Below, one piece after another: positions 36,564 through 48,109 of a stretch of 64,000 nucleotides of DNA. The notes below the pieces were generated by a model. It was not told where the DNA came from. It saw only the letters and a list, made by a program, of their open reading frames with translations, and searched no databases. The DNA lies in contig JBNJNM010000012.1 in the NCBI GenBank assembly GCA_052426225.1, forward strand, positions 1 to 64,000. Reading direction: 5' to 3'. This DNA comes from Zancudomyces culisetae HAW-14-8 (Eukaryota > Fungi > Kickxellomycota). The translations under genes were made by a program, and so were the position numbers. Numbering within the stretch: position 1 is the stretch's first letter; every line of letters begins with the position of its first letter.

Positions 36564-38948
36564 TCAAATATCATCCATAGAATTAAGAGTGGATTTGAAA
36601 TTAGCGTGCGAGTTGTTGGTGTTGATGAAATCACACCCATCAGCGAATCCGTATCTTCCTTGTTCTATGGGGTTGTATAATAGTTCGGTAAAGTCAAAAT
36701 CTGACATTGTGTCTTTGTGCCCAAAGTTGAAAAAATAATTGCCAAATACCGGGGGATGACTTGGATTCGTATAGGTGTGGTTCGTCACCAAAATAGAATA
36801 AAAAGTACGTTCAATCATCCTTTTACATTTTTCAAGTAATACAACGTTTTGTGGAATTGTGTCAAAATCAACACTTTTTACATAAAAGTTCTTTGGGTCA
36901 TCATCAAGAGTTGGATCGATATTGGTGTTATGCTTGTGGTTTTTTGGTTTCCGTTTCGATATTTCTAGGCCTTCCAATGTCAACATAAGTTTTTCTGATT
37001 CCTCGATAATTGGCTTCAGGTCAATTTCCAATATGATTCTTTTTCCACTATCATGATTGACTGAAAAATTGAAAAATCCTCTGCTTAAATCCTGAAATTC
37101 TTTTTCAGCGAGCGTACTTAGCAGAAATGGGTCATGTAATTTTGCATTAAATGAATTGTAACAGCATTCCCTCCTATGGTAGTTGGTTCCGTTTGAAATC
37201 AGCCATGGATTGTAGTCGTAAGATGAGATCATCTTCATTTTAAAATCATATGGAATGTTTCTGAATTTTATATTGGCCCTATCATAACTTTTTTTAAGGT
37301 TAGATATGTTGTTGGCGAGATAAATAAATGTTTCGAATATTAGGGATGTTGATTTAAGCCTTTCAAAGTATGTGATTATTACTCTCTTCCCATTTACAAT
37401 TGCATTATGTCTGGTCAAATTTTTGATATACTCCAGATTAGAGAGAAACTTGTAGGTATTTAACGCCAACAATGCAAGCTCTAAATCAAGCTTATCAGAA
37501 GAGAAGTTTGTCATTAGCCAGTAGAAAACCTCTATAAGATAGATAGCATTATCTATCAAAGCAAATTTGGCTGATTTTACACGCTGTGGATGGATATCCA
37601 CATTTTCATAGTGAGCTATTTCTGAACTGATGATATACATATTCGTCATACAAGTATTCAAGATCAATATACAGTGCTGTACTATAAAATACTCAATGTT
37701 CATTGTGTTTACTATCTCTTGATTTCTTATCGAGAACGTCAACACCTTATCCAGTTCATTATGAAACCTCACTACCGCATTATTCAGAAAATTTTTAGCA
37801 TCTGTGAACAACTTCAAGTAGCGTCTATAATCCATTTCCATGTCTTTTGAAATCGTAATTTCCCTTCGGTTAACAAATGTCACAATTTCATATCTTATCT
37901 TGAGCAGCATTGTGTGTGAAGCATATGTATCAAGCTTGAAACCCCCTTGACTGTCCAGAATTATATCATGCCTGTTTATCGGCTTTGTATCTGAAATTGT
38001 AAACTTTGCCCTGCTATGCCATAAATAATCATTGCTGGGCAAGTTTACAAATACATCTTTAAGTTGTATAGGGGGGATAAGAGTTAAACCCTCAGAAAAC
38101 CCTATTGAATATATATATAAACACCACCAAAGTCGCCTTTTAAGTTCTTTTTCTACAATTAAATCCTCACACTCAATCTCAGGGGTACTAATACAATATG
38201 CATCCACCATGTGCAGCTTCATTGAAATTGCTAACCTAGCTGCTAAGTTGGTATATTTAGTGCATTGTGTTACAATCCCAGTAGTAGCATAATATCTAGC
38301 CAATACCATCATTGTCCATATGCCTAAACAATCCGGGTGTCTGAGTACACTTATCATATATTCAGTAGCATATTTCAATACCCTTTTGCGTCTTTCCTCT
38401 GTAAATATTTCAAAAAACTTATTATCCTTTAGCATAGAAGATCCCATCAACAAAAGCGTGTAAATAACGTATTTTGGTACTTGGAAACTCTTTACATTTT
38501 GTATAAAATGAGGAATTCGGAGAACATTTGCAGGAATAGGATAGCGATACGCAAACCTATTCATCAGATCTTCTATCACGTCCTTTAAAAGCCTTGACAG
38601 TAAAATTTCCTCTGAACTCCCACCAACAGTGTTTTCAATGTTTAAATCAATAAGGCAGACATTTGTCAGCAAATTTCCTGTTTGTTTTTTTATGTTTCGA
38701 TAGAAATTTCCTGTGGATGAGGCCTTTCTTTTTTTGGCTTTCTTTTGCAATAGATCAACCTTATTTTCGATACCCCCGATAAGTTCAAGTAAAAGCTGGT
38801 TCATGGGCCTCTTTCGTGATTTCTTTTTTTTAGTAATTCTAAAATTTATTACATGCCTTCTGTAGGACTTGTCAGCATATGAGTTAGTTCTTTTTTCTTT
38901 CTTGCCATCATTTGTAGAGTTGCTATTTCCAGAATCTGTTCGAAGCAT
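36564..38948 (-). CDS. Fungal-specific transcription factor (MHR / Fungal_trans) protein with no Zn2Cys6 cluster in the ORF
   Basis: Intact 794-aa ORF. AARLAISMKLHMVD..EKELKRRLWWCLY..VNLPSND; basic NLS-like KKKKSRKRP followed by a short coiled coil. Confidence 0.83.
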   Translation of the reverse strand: MLRTDSGNSNSTNDGKKEKRTNSYADKSYRRHVINFRITKKKKSRKRPMNQLLLELIGGIENKVDLLQKKAKKRKASSTGNFYRNIKKQTGNLLTNVCLIDLNIENTVGGSSEEILLSRLLKDVIEDLMNRFAYRYPIPANVLRIPHFIQNVKSFQVPKYVIYTLLLMGSSMLKDNKFFEIFTEERRKRVLKYATEYMISVLRHPDCLGIWTMMVLARYYATTGIVTQCTKYTNLAARLAISMKLHMVDAYCISTPEIECEDLIVEKELKRRLWWCLYIYSIGFSEGLTLIPPIQLKDVFVNLPSNDYLWHSRAKFTISDTKPINRHDIILDSQGGFKLDTYASHTMLLKIRYEIVTFVNRREITISKDMEMDYRRYLKLFTDAKNFLNNAVVRFHNELDKVLTFSIRNQEIVNTMNIEYFIVQHCILILNTCMTNMYIISSEIAHYENVDIHPQRVKSAKFALIDNAIYLIEVFYWLMTNFSSDKLDLELALLALNTYKFLSNLEYIKNLTRHNAIVNGKRVIITYFERLKSTSLIFETFIYLANNISNLKKSYDRANIKFRNIPYDFKMKMISSYDYNPWLISNGTNYHRRECCYNSFNAKLHDPFLLSTLAEKEFQDLSRGFFNFSVNHDSGKRIILEIDLKPIIEESEKLMLTLEGLEISKRKPKNHKHNTNIDPTLDDDPKNFYVKSVDFDTIPQNVVLLEKCKRMIERTFYSILVTNHTYTNPSHPPVFGNYFFNFGHKDTMSDFDFTELLYNPIEQGRYGFADGCDFINTNNSHANFKSTLNSMDDI

Positions 38949-40058
38949 TATAATAATACAATTAAATATTATAGTGACCTAATGGAGACCGAGCTTAATA
39001 CAAATAATATACATACCCGACTTCCAGTATATATCTTTTTCTTTTATTCAGAATAGGGGAATTTGAAATTCAGATTTGTGTTTTCATAATAGGATTAATG
39101 TGCCTATTATTTTGTCTACATATTACACTATGCTACAAACTATTTTGTTTTATAAACTGTCTAATTTAATATATCAAAATTTTTAAATGGACGAAAATAC
39201 ACCCAAAATACCAATTCGCCAAAGAAATGTGTGGGAAAAATACAGTTGTAACACCATTTAGTTTTTGGCCAATTACTACAATTGCAATTATGTGAGTTTA
39301 ATAAATTAAATCCCAAAACAACATGGGTATTTGACAGGTACCAGGCTCTTTGATATCCGAACCTGATCCTATTCTCCAAAATTTAAGCCATATGTAACAC
39401 ATATCCTACACACCAATCTTCGGAATCGCTGTCATAGTGGAAATTATAAAAACACTAACAAGATACTGAAAAAAATCTGGGAAAACCAAATCTCAAACTG
39501 TATCGTTGTTTGGGGATGGTTAAAAAATGGCTGAGTTTATCAAAATCTAATATTAACACAACATGGGAATGAACTTATCTAGTTGGTTTAAAGTGAACAA
39601 TAATTCTTGCACTGTTGTGTGCGTTTTTTAAACCCAAAAGCCCCATATTACGTATATTTGCTTTGAATTGATAATTATATGACACATCTTTACCCCTTTA
39701 ATTAACACTGAAAACTATTATATAAGCTTGATAAGATAAATGCTGAACATATTTATTAAGCTATTTTTATTATTCCGTATGATAAATGATGACACACGGG
39801 AACCTTTACACCTTTGCTAAATATACATCCTTTCAAACTGTAAAATCTACTGGATGTTACAATAATATCTAGGTTGTACCGATTTGAAATTTATTCCTAG
39901 CAAAACCACTTTTCAAATCTGCTCCAAACATTATCATTTATTGTTGACGAACTTCACTAAACGTGTTTATTTCATGGATTTTGGCTCTAATATTTAAAAG
40001 ATTTTCTATCTCTACATCAAATATCTATACGTTAAAAATGGACGAATTCAGACTCGGA

Positions 40059-40466
40059 CTATGCTAGGAACCAAATCATAGAGTTGGCGGGGCCTCCAAC
40101 CTTGTCAGCATCCATGTTTTGTGGGTAAAGCCAGGTTTTTCTACGTTCAGTTACACACTTTCCACTGCAGTCATTACTGTGGCACAGTACAACCCACCCG
40201 CGTCCTGGTTGTCCGCTATCAAACTGGAGAGATTGGGCACTTGTTAATGAGACACATCTGTTTGGTCTTATATTTATTGTTTTGGCTGGATTGCGGAGAT
40301 ATTGCTCTTGAAACACTTCAACCTTCATCCTAGCGCTGTGATTTTGGCTAGAATAAAGTCTGTTTTGTCTGATTGAGTTTCTGTTGTGTTGGTGTAAAGA
40401 CAAGTCACCCATGCTGTTTGCAAAGGTTAGTCCCAAAGCTGCAGTTCCGATTATAATAGTTTTCAT
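40059..40466 (-). CDS. Small secreted cysteine-containing protein, possibly beta/gamma-crystallin-like fold
   Basis: 135 aa; signal peptide MKTIIIGTAALGLTFA; 4 Cys; AAAATG start context; TATATAAA ~65 bp upstream; GC-richer than its flanks. Confidence 0.8.
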   Translation of the reverse strand: MKTIIIGTAALGLTFANSMGDLSLHQHNRNSIRQNRLYSSQNHSARMKVEVFQEQYLRNPAKTINIRPNRCVSLTSAQSLQFDSGQPGRGWVVLCHSNDCSGKCVTERRKTWLYPQNMDADKVGGPANSMIWFLA

Positions 40467-42789
40467 TTTGTTAGTTAATAATTCAATTGTTATTCTTCTT
40501 AATTTTTAAACTATTGTCGAAACTAACTGGATTTATATACTTTTTTGTTTTGAACAAGTCTAGAGTATAAACCAAATTATAATGTGTAGAGACGAGTGTT
40601 GTAAAAGTAAAGGTAAAAGCTATTTTGTTAATTTAGTCAAAATAAAAAATTACGATCTACTGCGTTTTAAAACAGTCATGCGTCTTTTGGCGAATGTTGA
40701 GAAATTACTAGTTGAAAAGGTATTAGTGTACATGGTGCATAACTCTAAGTGTGTAAGTCGCTATACGAACATCATATAATTACATTATCAACTCTAATAT
40801 ATTTATATCACTTTATGATATACTAACCTGTTAGGTTTTATGAGCTATCATATTGAAAAAATAGTAACAAATCGTTTATGACATGTAGTTAGTTAGCACT
40901 TAGTGGAGATCAAACTTTGAGAATTGATGAACAGACTGCTGTGCAGCTCAATTTATGAAAAAACATTGCAGTACACATTTGAACTATTTGAGGGGTTTTC
41001 GAAAAAAAAGTAATAAACATGTTTAGCTAAAGTAGCACACACTCCAGAATAAAAAATCCAATACAAAAAACACTAGAACAATAGTTGAGTAAAGTTGCAT
41101 TATAAGCTACCATTCATTCATTTTTAGTTTTTTTGATCAATCAAATTTATAGGCTTATTGTAGCTAAGTAAACTAGACGTAATTATACAATTTCATGATA
41201 TTCATTCAAAATAAATGTAGACAGGCTATAGTTGTAGCATAAAATAGAACAGTTGTATATATAATGGTAGGATGAGAAAAATTAGAGTAATGCTATGAAA
41301 AATAGTGAAAATAATGTCATGGAACTAATGTACATTCAATCATCAATCATCAATTCTCTTTTTTCGGTTTGAGTATTTGAATATTTGATTTGCGCTCAAT
41401 AACACACTTGAAACTTTAATCCTAAAATATGATGTGTTTTTATGCCAAGTCAATGTTCCTCAGTTATGCTTATTGTAATATATAGCAACTAAACTTTTTG
41501 TAAATATTTTATTAGACCATACTAGAATTGTAAACTGCTATACTTCTTTTTGCAAGTAAATCGAAATTACAAACCTTAACTAAATATACTAAAGTACACG
41601 ATATCATTAATATTCAATACTCCTCGTTGAGAACACATCAAATTCAGGCATATTTGATAGCAAGAATTTGGTATTTCACAAAACCTCAATAAATATGCTT
41701 GATCTATAGTTCAAAAGTATCTACAGAATATTTCACAAAAGAATGGCAGTTGAACACTAACAAAAAATTAGAACACTAACAGAAAATGATATAGATATTC
41801 CACGCATTAATTGGGGGAAGGAATAGGTATCTTCATAACCGAAATCATATTACAAAATTTCAAAAATTATACCTTTAAGATTTTATTCTTTTCTAGCAGC
41901 TAGTTTGAGTGTGATAAATTTTATACGGAGCATGAAATAAAAGAGAATTCTATTTTAAAATACAAAGATTTATTTCATTATTTAACCTGTTTCTTTAAAT
42001 TGAAGTTAGATTAGAAAGTAAAGTTAATAGCAATATTTACATTAATAACCATACTTATTATACTACAAAAAGAGGAGTTCGCTTAGAAGAGTATTAGGAT
42101 ACTACACGCTGCGAGATCGATATAATATTTTGTGATATTTCGAATTCTCTTTCTATTTGTTGATAAAATATAAATCATAGATCCTCGTAACGTAGTGGTT
42201 AATTTTACTAGAAATTGACTTTTTAATAACGTACATATTAGATATACACTTAATCACCTTGGAAGTTGATAACAAATAATTTTGTAAAAAAGTTGCGATC
42301 GACTACGACAGACTGATTGTTCTCTATATTGACATGTAAGTTTCTAAGTATGTATAAAATATGATCAAAAAAGATTTCATAATATGAAAATCATAGAACA
42401 ATATGAATAATTTTGATATGCTGTTTTGTATCCCTGATCACTTTATGTAATGTATAATAAATTTTATATATATTTTAATACAAAAGTTAGTGATTTAGAG
42501 TGAATAATACAAGTTAGATAATAAGTCATAAACATAATTATACATGTTGTAATTAAAGTAAAAATTGTTGTTTTAGATTAGTTAAAATAATAAATAATAC
42601 TTTAGTTCTGGGGTATTAGTATTACTAATTACATAGCCCGGAAAGTCCAAAGTACCTTAAATAATAACATTGTACAATTATTGGTTAGAAATAATAAGTA
42701 ATAGTTTAAGTAAGTTTTCTACCATATTTTTTAATTATTATAAAAGTTTAAAATCTAGTATATTAATTAAAATTTAACATTATCTGACA

Positions 42790-43380
42790 TAAATTTCTTT
42801 AAACAAGTAAAAAGTAGAATTTAACTATACACCTATTTCTTAAACTACTGTTGGTATAACCACAATGAATATCAAAGGGTATAGTACTTATTTGTAGGCG
42901 AAAATTTCATGATAAAAAACAAGGTCGCAGATCCTTGTATATCGTAGAATAAACTGACTGTACATCCAATAAATAGTCAAGATGATTATTCACTTAATGT
43001 GCTTAATGGATATCAATGTAGGGGTTAGAACAACATAGTACTGTTTAGATTTTATGTAAAACTAATTTTGTTTTAGTTAATTAAAACGTCATATTAAATT
43101 ATTCGGTACCAAAATAATTTTCCTTACAAAGTTAGATTGAAAAATAAAATAAAAAAAGTAATATCACTAAAATAAAATTATAGTTCTTCGTTCTATTCAT
43201 AATATCATCACCCTTTTTAGGATAGGATCTGCATTATAATTTAGTTCTAGCTGTCTTCGAATTCTTTCAATAGCTCATGACAGTTTATTTGGTTTTATTC
43301 GTCTCTCATGTGTTGTCATTATCTATAAAATCTTTTCCCTTGATAAGAAAATACTGTGTCTCTCCTTTTGTCATAATGTC
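42790..43380 (-). mobile_element. Eroded 3' end (chromodomain, PPT, LTR) of an element-4-related chromovirus
   Basis: The reverse complement matches ~26200-26780 (TATTATGAATAGAACG; GCGACCTTG..TCATGAAATTTT). Confidence 0.7.
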
Positions 43381-43741
43381 TGTCAGGACTTGACACTAAC
43401 TATTATATTTTATTTGTATTGTTTCTACTAGTATTAGAATTAAAAAGTTCATAATTTATTGCAAAAGTACATTATAATATAAATGCTAAATACATATAGT
43501 ATCATCACATTTATAAATGAGAAAATATTATCATACCTATAGAACATAATAAATTAATGAAATAAAATAGTTCAAATTAGATAATTTTAAAGTAGGGGTA
43601 TGGGGAATTGTAAAATAATATTAAAATAGTTTGGTTTACCCGAAATGTGAAATTATTCAATTTAAGTTTTGTCCTAAAAAACAAAATAATGTTGGGTACC
43701 CCAAAATATCATAATATGATCATGAAACCCAGATCTTGACA
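43381..43741 (-). repeat. Solo LTR, family B-related
   Basis: TGTCAGGACTTGACA...TCTTGACA, with an internal match to 51829-52200. Flanks do not match. Confidence 0.8.
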
Positions 43742-44062
43742 GCGCTTCCACATGATTGGTTGCGGATGTGTTATGCATTTGTGGTCAAGTCCCAGACCTC
43801 AGGCAGTAATCCCAGACACGTCGGCAATATGCAGATGGTTCGCAGAGCGCGTTCCTTCATGCTTCCGAACGTAGGCCAGGGTGGTCGTGTTGTCCGCGTA
43901 CACACAAACTGATTTTCCCTTGACCTCTTTGAGCTTGAGAGCAATCTCCACTTCTCTAAACTCATTCTGGTTGATATGGAGCTTGGAATCCGCTTCGTCC
44001 CAAGCTCCTGACCATGATTTCTTGTTCATGAAAACCCCAAACCATGGTCCGAGGCATCTGAG
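43742..44062 (-). mobile_element. RNase H fragment of a DIRS-type (tyrosine recombinase) retrotransposon
   Basis: SDASDHGLG..WSGAW..LHINQNE..VYADNTTTLAYVRKHEGTRS, which is the DIRS1 RNase H pattern (HIN.E, DNTT..AY, GGTRS). Confidence 0.8.
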
Positions 44063-44277
44063 TGTCAAGGCTATGGCTCCAGGTACGTTAGTCGATCTAT
44101 GGTTTATTTATTAATTAAAATTTTATTGCTAAAGATTCAAAAGCAATATAATGATTAATTTCAAAATAAATGAGTTTTGCATGAAAAATTTTACAAAAAA
44201 TTTTAGAAAAAATTTTTGAATAAAATTTAAAAAATGAAATTCTTAAATTTTATTCATGGCATGATTGGTTCATGACA
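44063..44277 (-). repeat. 3' LTR of element 6 (215 bp)
   Basis: TGTCATGAACCAATCATG...CCTTGACA on the minus strand, after the PPT-like AAGGCTGGGGTAA. Confidence 0.82.
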
Positions 44278-44289
44278 TTACCCCAGCCT

Positions 44290-47200
44290 TAGAGCAGCCA
44301 TATGTCTTAGCATGGCTTGTCAGGGTACTTAGCATGGAATTGTTTTATCAGTTTGGTAGCGTGGACATCAGTGGAATCTTCCCAAGTACGATCTTCAGGA
44401 CCATAGCCATCCCAATCAATCAGATACTTGAGTTTTCCCCTAACTATCTTTGAGTCTAGTATTTGACAAACTAAATACTCTTCTTGATTGTTTACTATTA
44501 GTGGAGGGGGCTGAGGCTGTTATCTTAAAGTTTGAATTGATTCTTGAACTGGTTTAAGCAGTGATACATGGAAGATAGGATGAATCTTCATGAAAGGTGG
44601 CAGTGATAATCTTGCTGTAACAGGGTTGATCATTTCTGTGATAGTGTACGGCCCGCTATATTTGTAGTCTAACTTAGTTGATGGTCTTTGGCTTCGAATG
44701 TTGGTCTGAGATAGCCATACTTTAACTCCTGTTCTAAAATCACTCGTATCACTTCTATTCTTGTCAGCATGTTTTTTGTAGCTTACTTTAGCTTTGGTTA
44801 ATTGGATCTGTAGATTGTCTTGTATCATTTTTAGATGTTTTACAAATTCTTGGGCGCTTGGGACATTTGAAACTGTAGTTGTGTCAAGGTATAATTCGGG
44901 GTCATAACCATAGTTAGCTCGGAATGGGCTTATTCCTGTATATGCATGGATCGCATTGTTATATGCGAATTCGGCCAGTGGCAGTAATTGAGACCAATCG
45001 TCTTGTTGGAAGTTAGTAAAACAACGATGGTATTGCTCCAATACTTGATTCACCCTTTACGTCTGACCGTCCAATTGAGGGTGGTATGCCGATGACAGAT
45101 GAGACTTGATGTTTAGAAGTCGAAGTAGTTCCTTCCAAAACTTTGAAATAAACTGTGATCCTCGATCAGAGATAATACTTTTGGGCATTCTGTTAGGAAT
45201 TGTTTTAAAATAAATTAAATAAATTCATGTTTATTATAATTCTCCATGACCAAATCAAGTAGGTTACAAAATGAAATTGTAACCATATACAAATTACTAT
45301 AATGTAACTAAGTACAAATTAATTAAATGTAACTAAGTACAAATTATTAAATTAATCTAACCAAGTCAAGTAAAAAATGAATTTCGCGATGAAATTTGTT
45401 ATAATAATATTCACAGACCATTTTAGGAAATAAGAAACCTAGAAAGAATTCCGAAACTAATAATTCAAAGAATCGTCAGAATAACATGAATGACGCAATC
45501 ATTGACACACTAAACTCACGGTAGTTAATCACATCAGTTACTCATAAGTTTAATAGTCAAATTTATAGTTTGATAGCAACTTTACTTAAGAAAATTTTAT
45601 ATGGAAAAATCTCTGGAGTAAAAGTATAAAAACCCTTTCTAAATCCATCGAAAGAGAACTTCAGAGAAAAATATCTTATTCACTATTGAATACCATATTT
45701 TTCTAAATAATTAATAGTAATAAATAATTTAATCTTAAAATATTCAAGTCTTAACAGGCCTGTTTGAATGTTTCTAGGTTTTTGTGGTCGGTAAGGATTA
45801 AGAATGAAATTTTTGCGTCCTCCAAGTAGTGACGCCATACTTTAAGAGCATAGACTATAGCCAACATCTTGTCGTAGATGTTGTAATTGCCTGTGTCTTG
45901 TCAAATTTGTACGAGAGGAATGCGCAAAGTCTGATATTCCCTTCGTCGTCTACCTGATATAGGACTGCTCCCAGTGCGTAGTCAGAGGCGTCTGTTTCTA
46001 CGATGAACTGTTTATCTGGGTTGAGGTACATGAGAACAGGAGTGGACGTTAGCTTGGATTTCAGTTCCCGGAAGGCTTTTTCTGCTTCGGGATTCCACTT
46101 AAACACAGTGTCTTTTTTCAGCAGGATGGTGATCGGGATAGCTATTCTGGAAAAGTTGGGGATGAACTTGCGGTAGTAATTGGCAAACCCTAAGAAGGAC
46201 TGTATTTCCTTGATACTAGTTGGGGGTTTCCATTCCTTTACGCATTTCACCTTTTCAGGGTCAGTGGAGATACCCTTGGATGAGACTACATGTCCTAGGA
46301 AGTCCACTTCTTGGACATGGAATTGACATTTTTCCAGTTTACAGTACAGGTGGTTTTCCATGAGTTTGCTTAGGACATTGCTGACGTGGACCTTGTGGGT
46401 TTCGAAGTCGTCAGAGAAGATTAGGATGTCGTCGAGATAAGCTATGGCGTAGTGGTCTAGCACGTCTCTAAGGACGTCGTTAATGAAGTGCTGGAAGGTG
46501 GCTGGTGCATTTGTGAGTCCAAATGGCATGACCTGGTACTCAAAATGGCCATATCTACAGCGGAATGCTGTCTTCCACTCATCTCCCTTCTTTACACGGA
46601 TCAGATTGTGAGCACCTTTGAGATCAAGTTTGTGAAAAACTTGGCAGTGCGGAGGCGGTCGAAAGCTTCATCTATACGGGGCAAGGGGTGTCTGTTCTTG
46701 GCTGTAGCATCGTTTAGTTTACGGTAGTCTACACACAGTCTGAGGTCTCCAGATTTTTTCTTCACGAACATGATGGGTGCTCCAGCTGGTGATGATGATA
46801 GGCGTATGAACCCGTTGGCGAGGTTTTCGTCGAGGTAGCTTCTTAACGCTTTCAGTTCTGTTTCTGAGAGCGGGTAGATTGGACCCCAAGCGGGGGATGT
46901 GTTTTCCTTGATCTTGATGTCACAATCGTAGGGGCGGTGTGGTGGAAGATTGGATGCAGCGGATTCGTTGAATACCTCTTTGTACTCCGTGTAAATTATT
47001 GGGATTGGTTCTGGGGTTGTGGGAAGTTTGGGTAAAGGTGGAGATTAAGATGGTTTAGTGTCTTGAGGCGTGGTTTCTGGTGGAATAAGATGTGGTGATT
47101 GTGATTGGCTAGTGGTTTGAGGAGTGGTGATTTCAGTACGTGGTAAATGCTGGATAGGTGGTGGGGGTGGTAGTGATTTGGTAGGAAGAGATGACTGGTA

Positions 47201-48100
47201 AGGCTTTGCAGGTGGTTCAGATGTTTTGGGTGGGGTCTGGGGCGAGTAGTTGGTTGGGTTGAGGAGGTAGTTCATGTGGCCAAACATTTTTGTAATGAGT
47301 GGAGATGGGTTACTGTTGTTGAAGACTTGCAAGTCTGCGAAAGGATCTGTTGTTCGGGTAGGTGTAGGTTTGGGGGTGTCGGGTGGTGAGATTTTGATCA
47401 CTTCCATTTCGTGATCACTATCAGAGTAGTCAGATGCGCTGTCTAGGTTCATATGAGTATCTGGTTCCGATATTTCTGAGTCTGTGTCCATTTCTGCGTC
47501 GGATAGTGCGTTCAAGTCTTCGTTGGCGGAGTACATTTCCTCATCTGAGTCTATTTCGGAATTGGTCTGGGCTGGTTTGAAGAAGTCGGAGAACTGATTG
47601 ACTATGTTTCTTAGCATCTGAGTGTTCTTGGGGGTGAGTACGGAGTCGATTTTTTCTGTTGGTAGGCATTTTCTGCGTCAGTAGGGGGAGCTGAAGATGA
47701 TGTTGAGTGATTTCCAGTTGATGTTAGGTGCGAGCCTTTGGAGCCATGGTAGTCCTAGTATGATGTCGGCATGGGTTGCAGGAATGACGTACAGGTCGAT
47801 TTTTTCGGCGTGGTCATTGGCTATTTCAAGGGTGACAGAATCAACGTATTGGCTTATACCGTTGGGAAGCAGCGGATTACCATTAATTGTTTCGACTGGG
47901 ATGGGTGATGTCAGTGTGAATGGCATGAGGTGGTATTTCTGTACGGCATCGGAGCTAATGAAATTTTCTGAAGCGCCACTATCAATTAGTGCCGCGACGG
48001 AGTGAATTTTATTCAAAACTATACTAATTAGAAATCTACTAGAATAATTTTTATTGGTGGCGGAGCCCAGTAGTAGCTTCCCTTTTACTGCTGGGTCAGG
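44290..48100 (-). pseudogene. pol: pol of element 6 (stops, frameshift, internal deletion)
   Basis: ORF pieces 47678-48016, 47045-47617, 45855-46529 and 44520-45053. Confidence 0.92.
45191..45756 (+). repeat. Solo LTR family C without TSD, replacing part of element 6 pol
   Basis: 566-bp copy highly similar to 12293-12858. Flanks CATTC/GGCCT. Confidence 0.93.
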
Positions 48101-48109
48101 CCTTTTAAA
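48066..48109 (-). promoter_or_regulatory. Programmed -1 ribosomal frameshift signal (gag-pol)
   Basis: Slippery T-TTA-AAA (48109-48103), a 7-nt spacer, then stem CCCAGCAGTA/TACTACTGGG. The -1 frame reads open into LNKIHSVAALIDSG. Confidence 0.85.
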
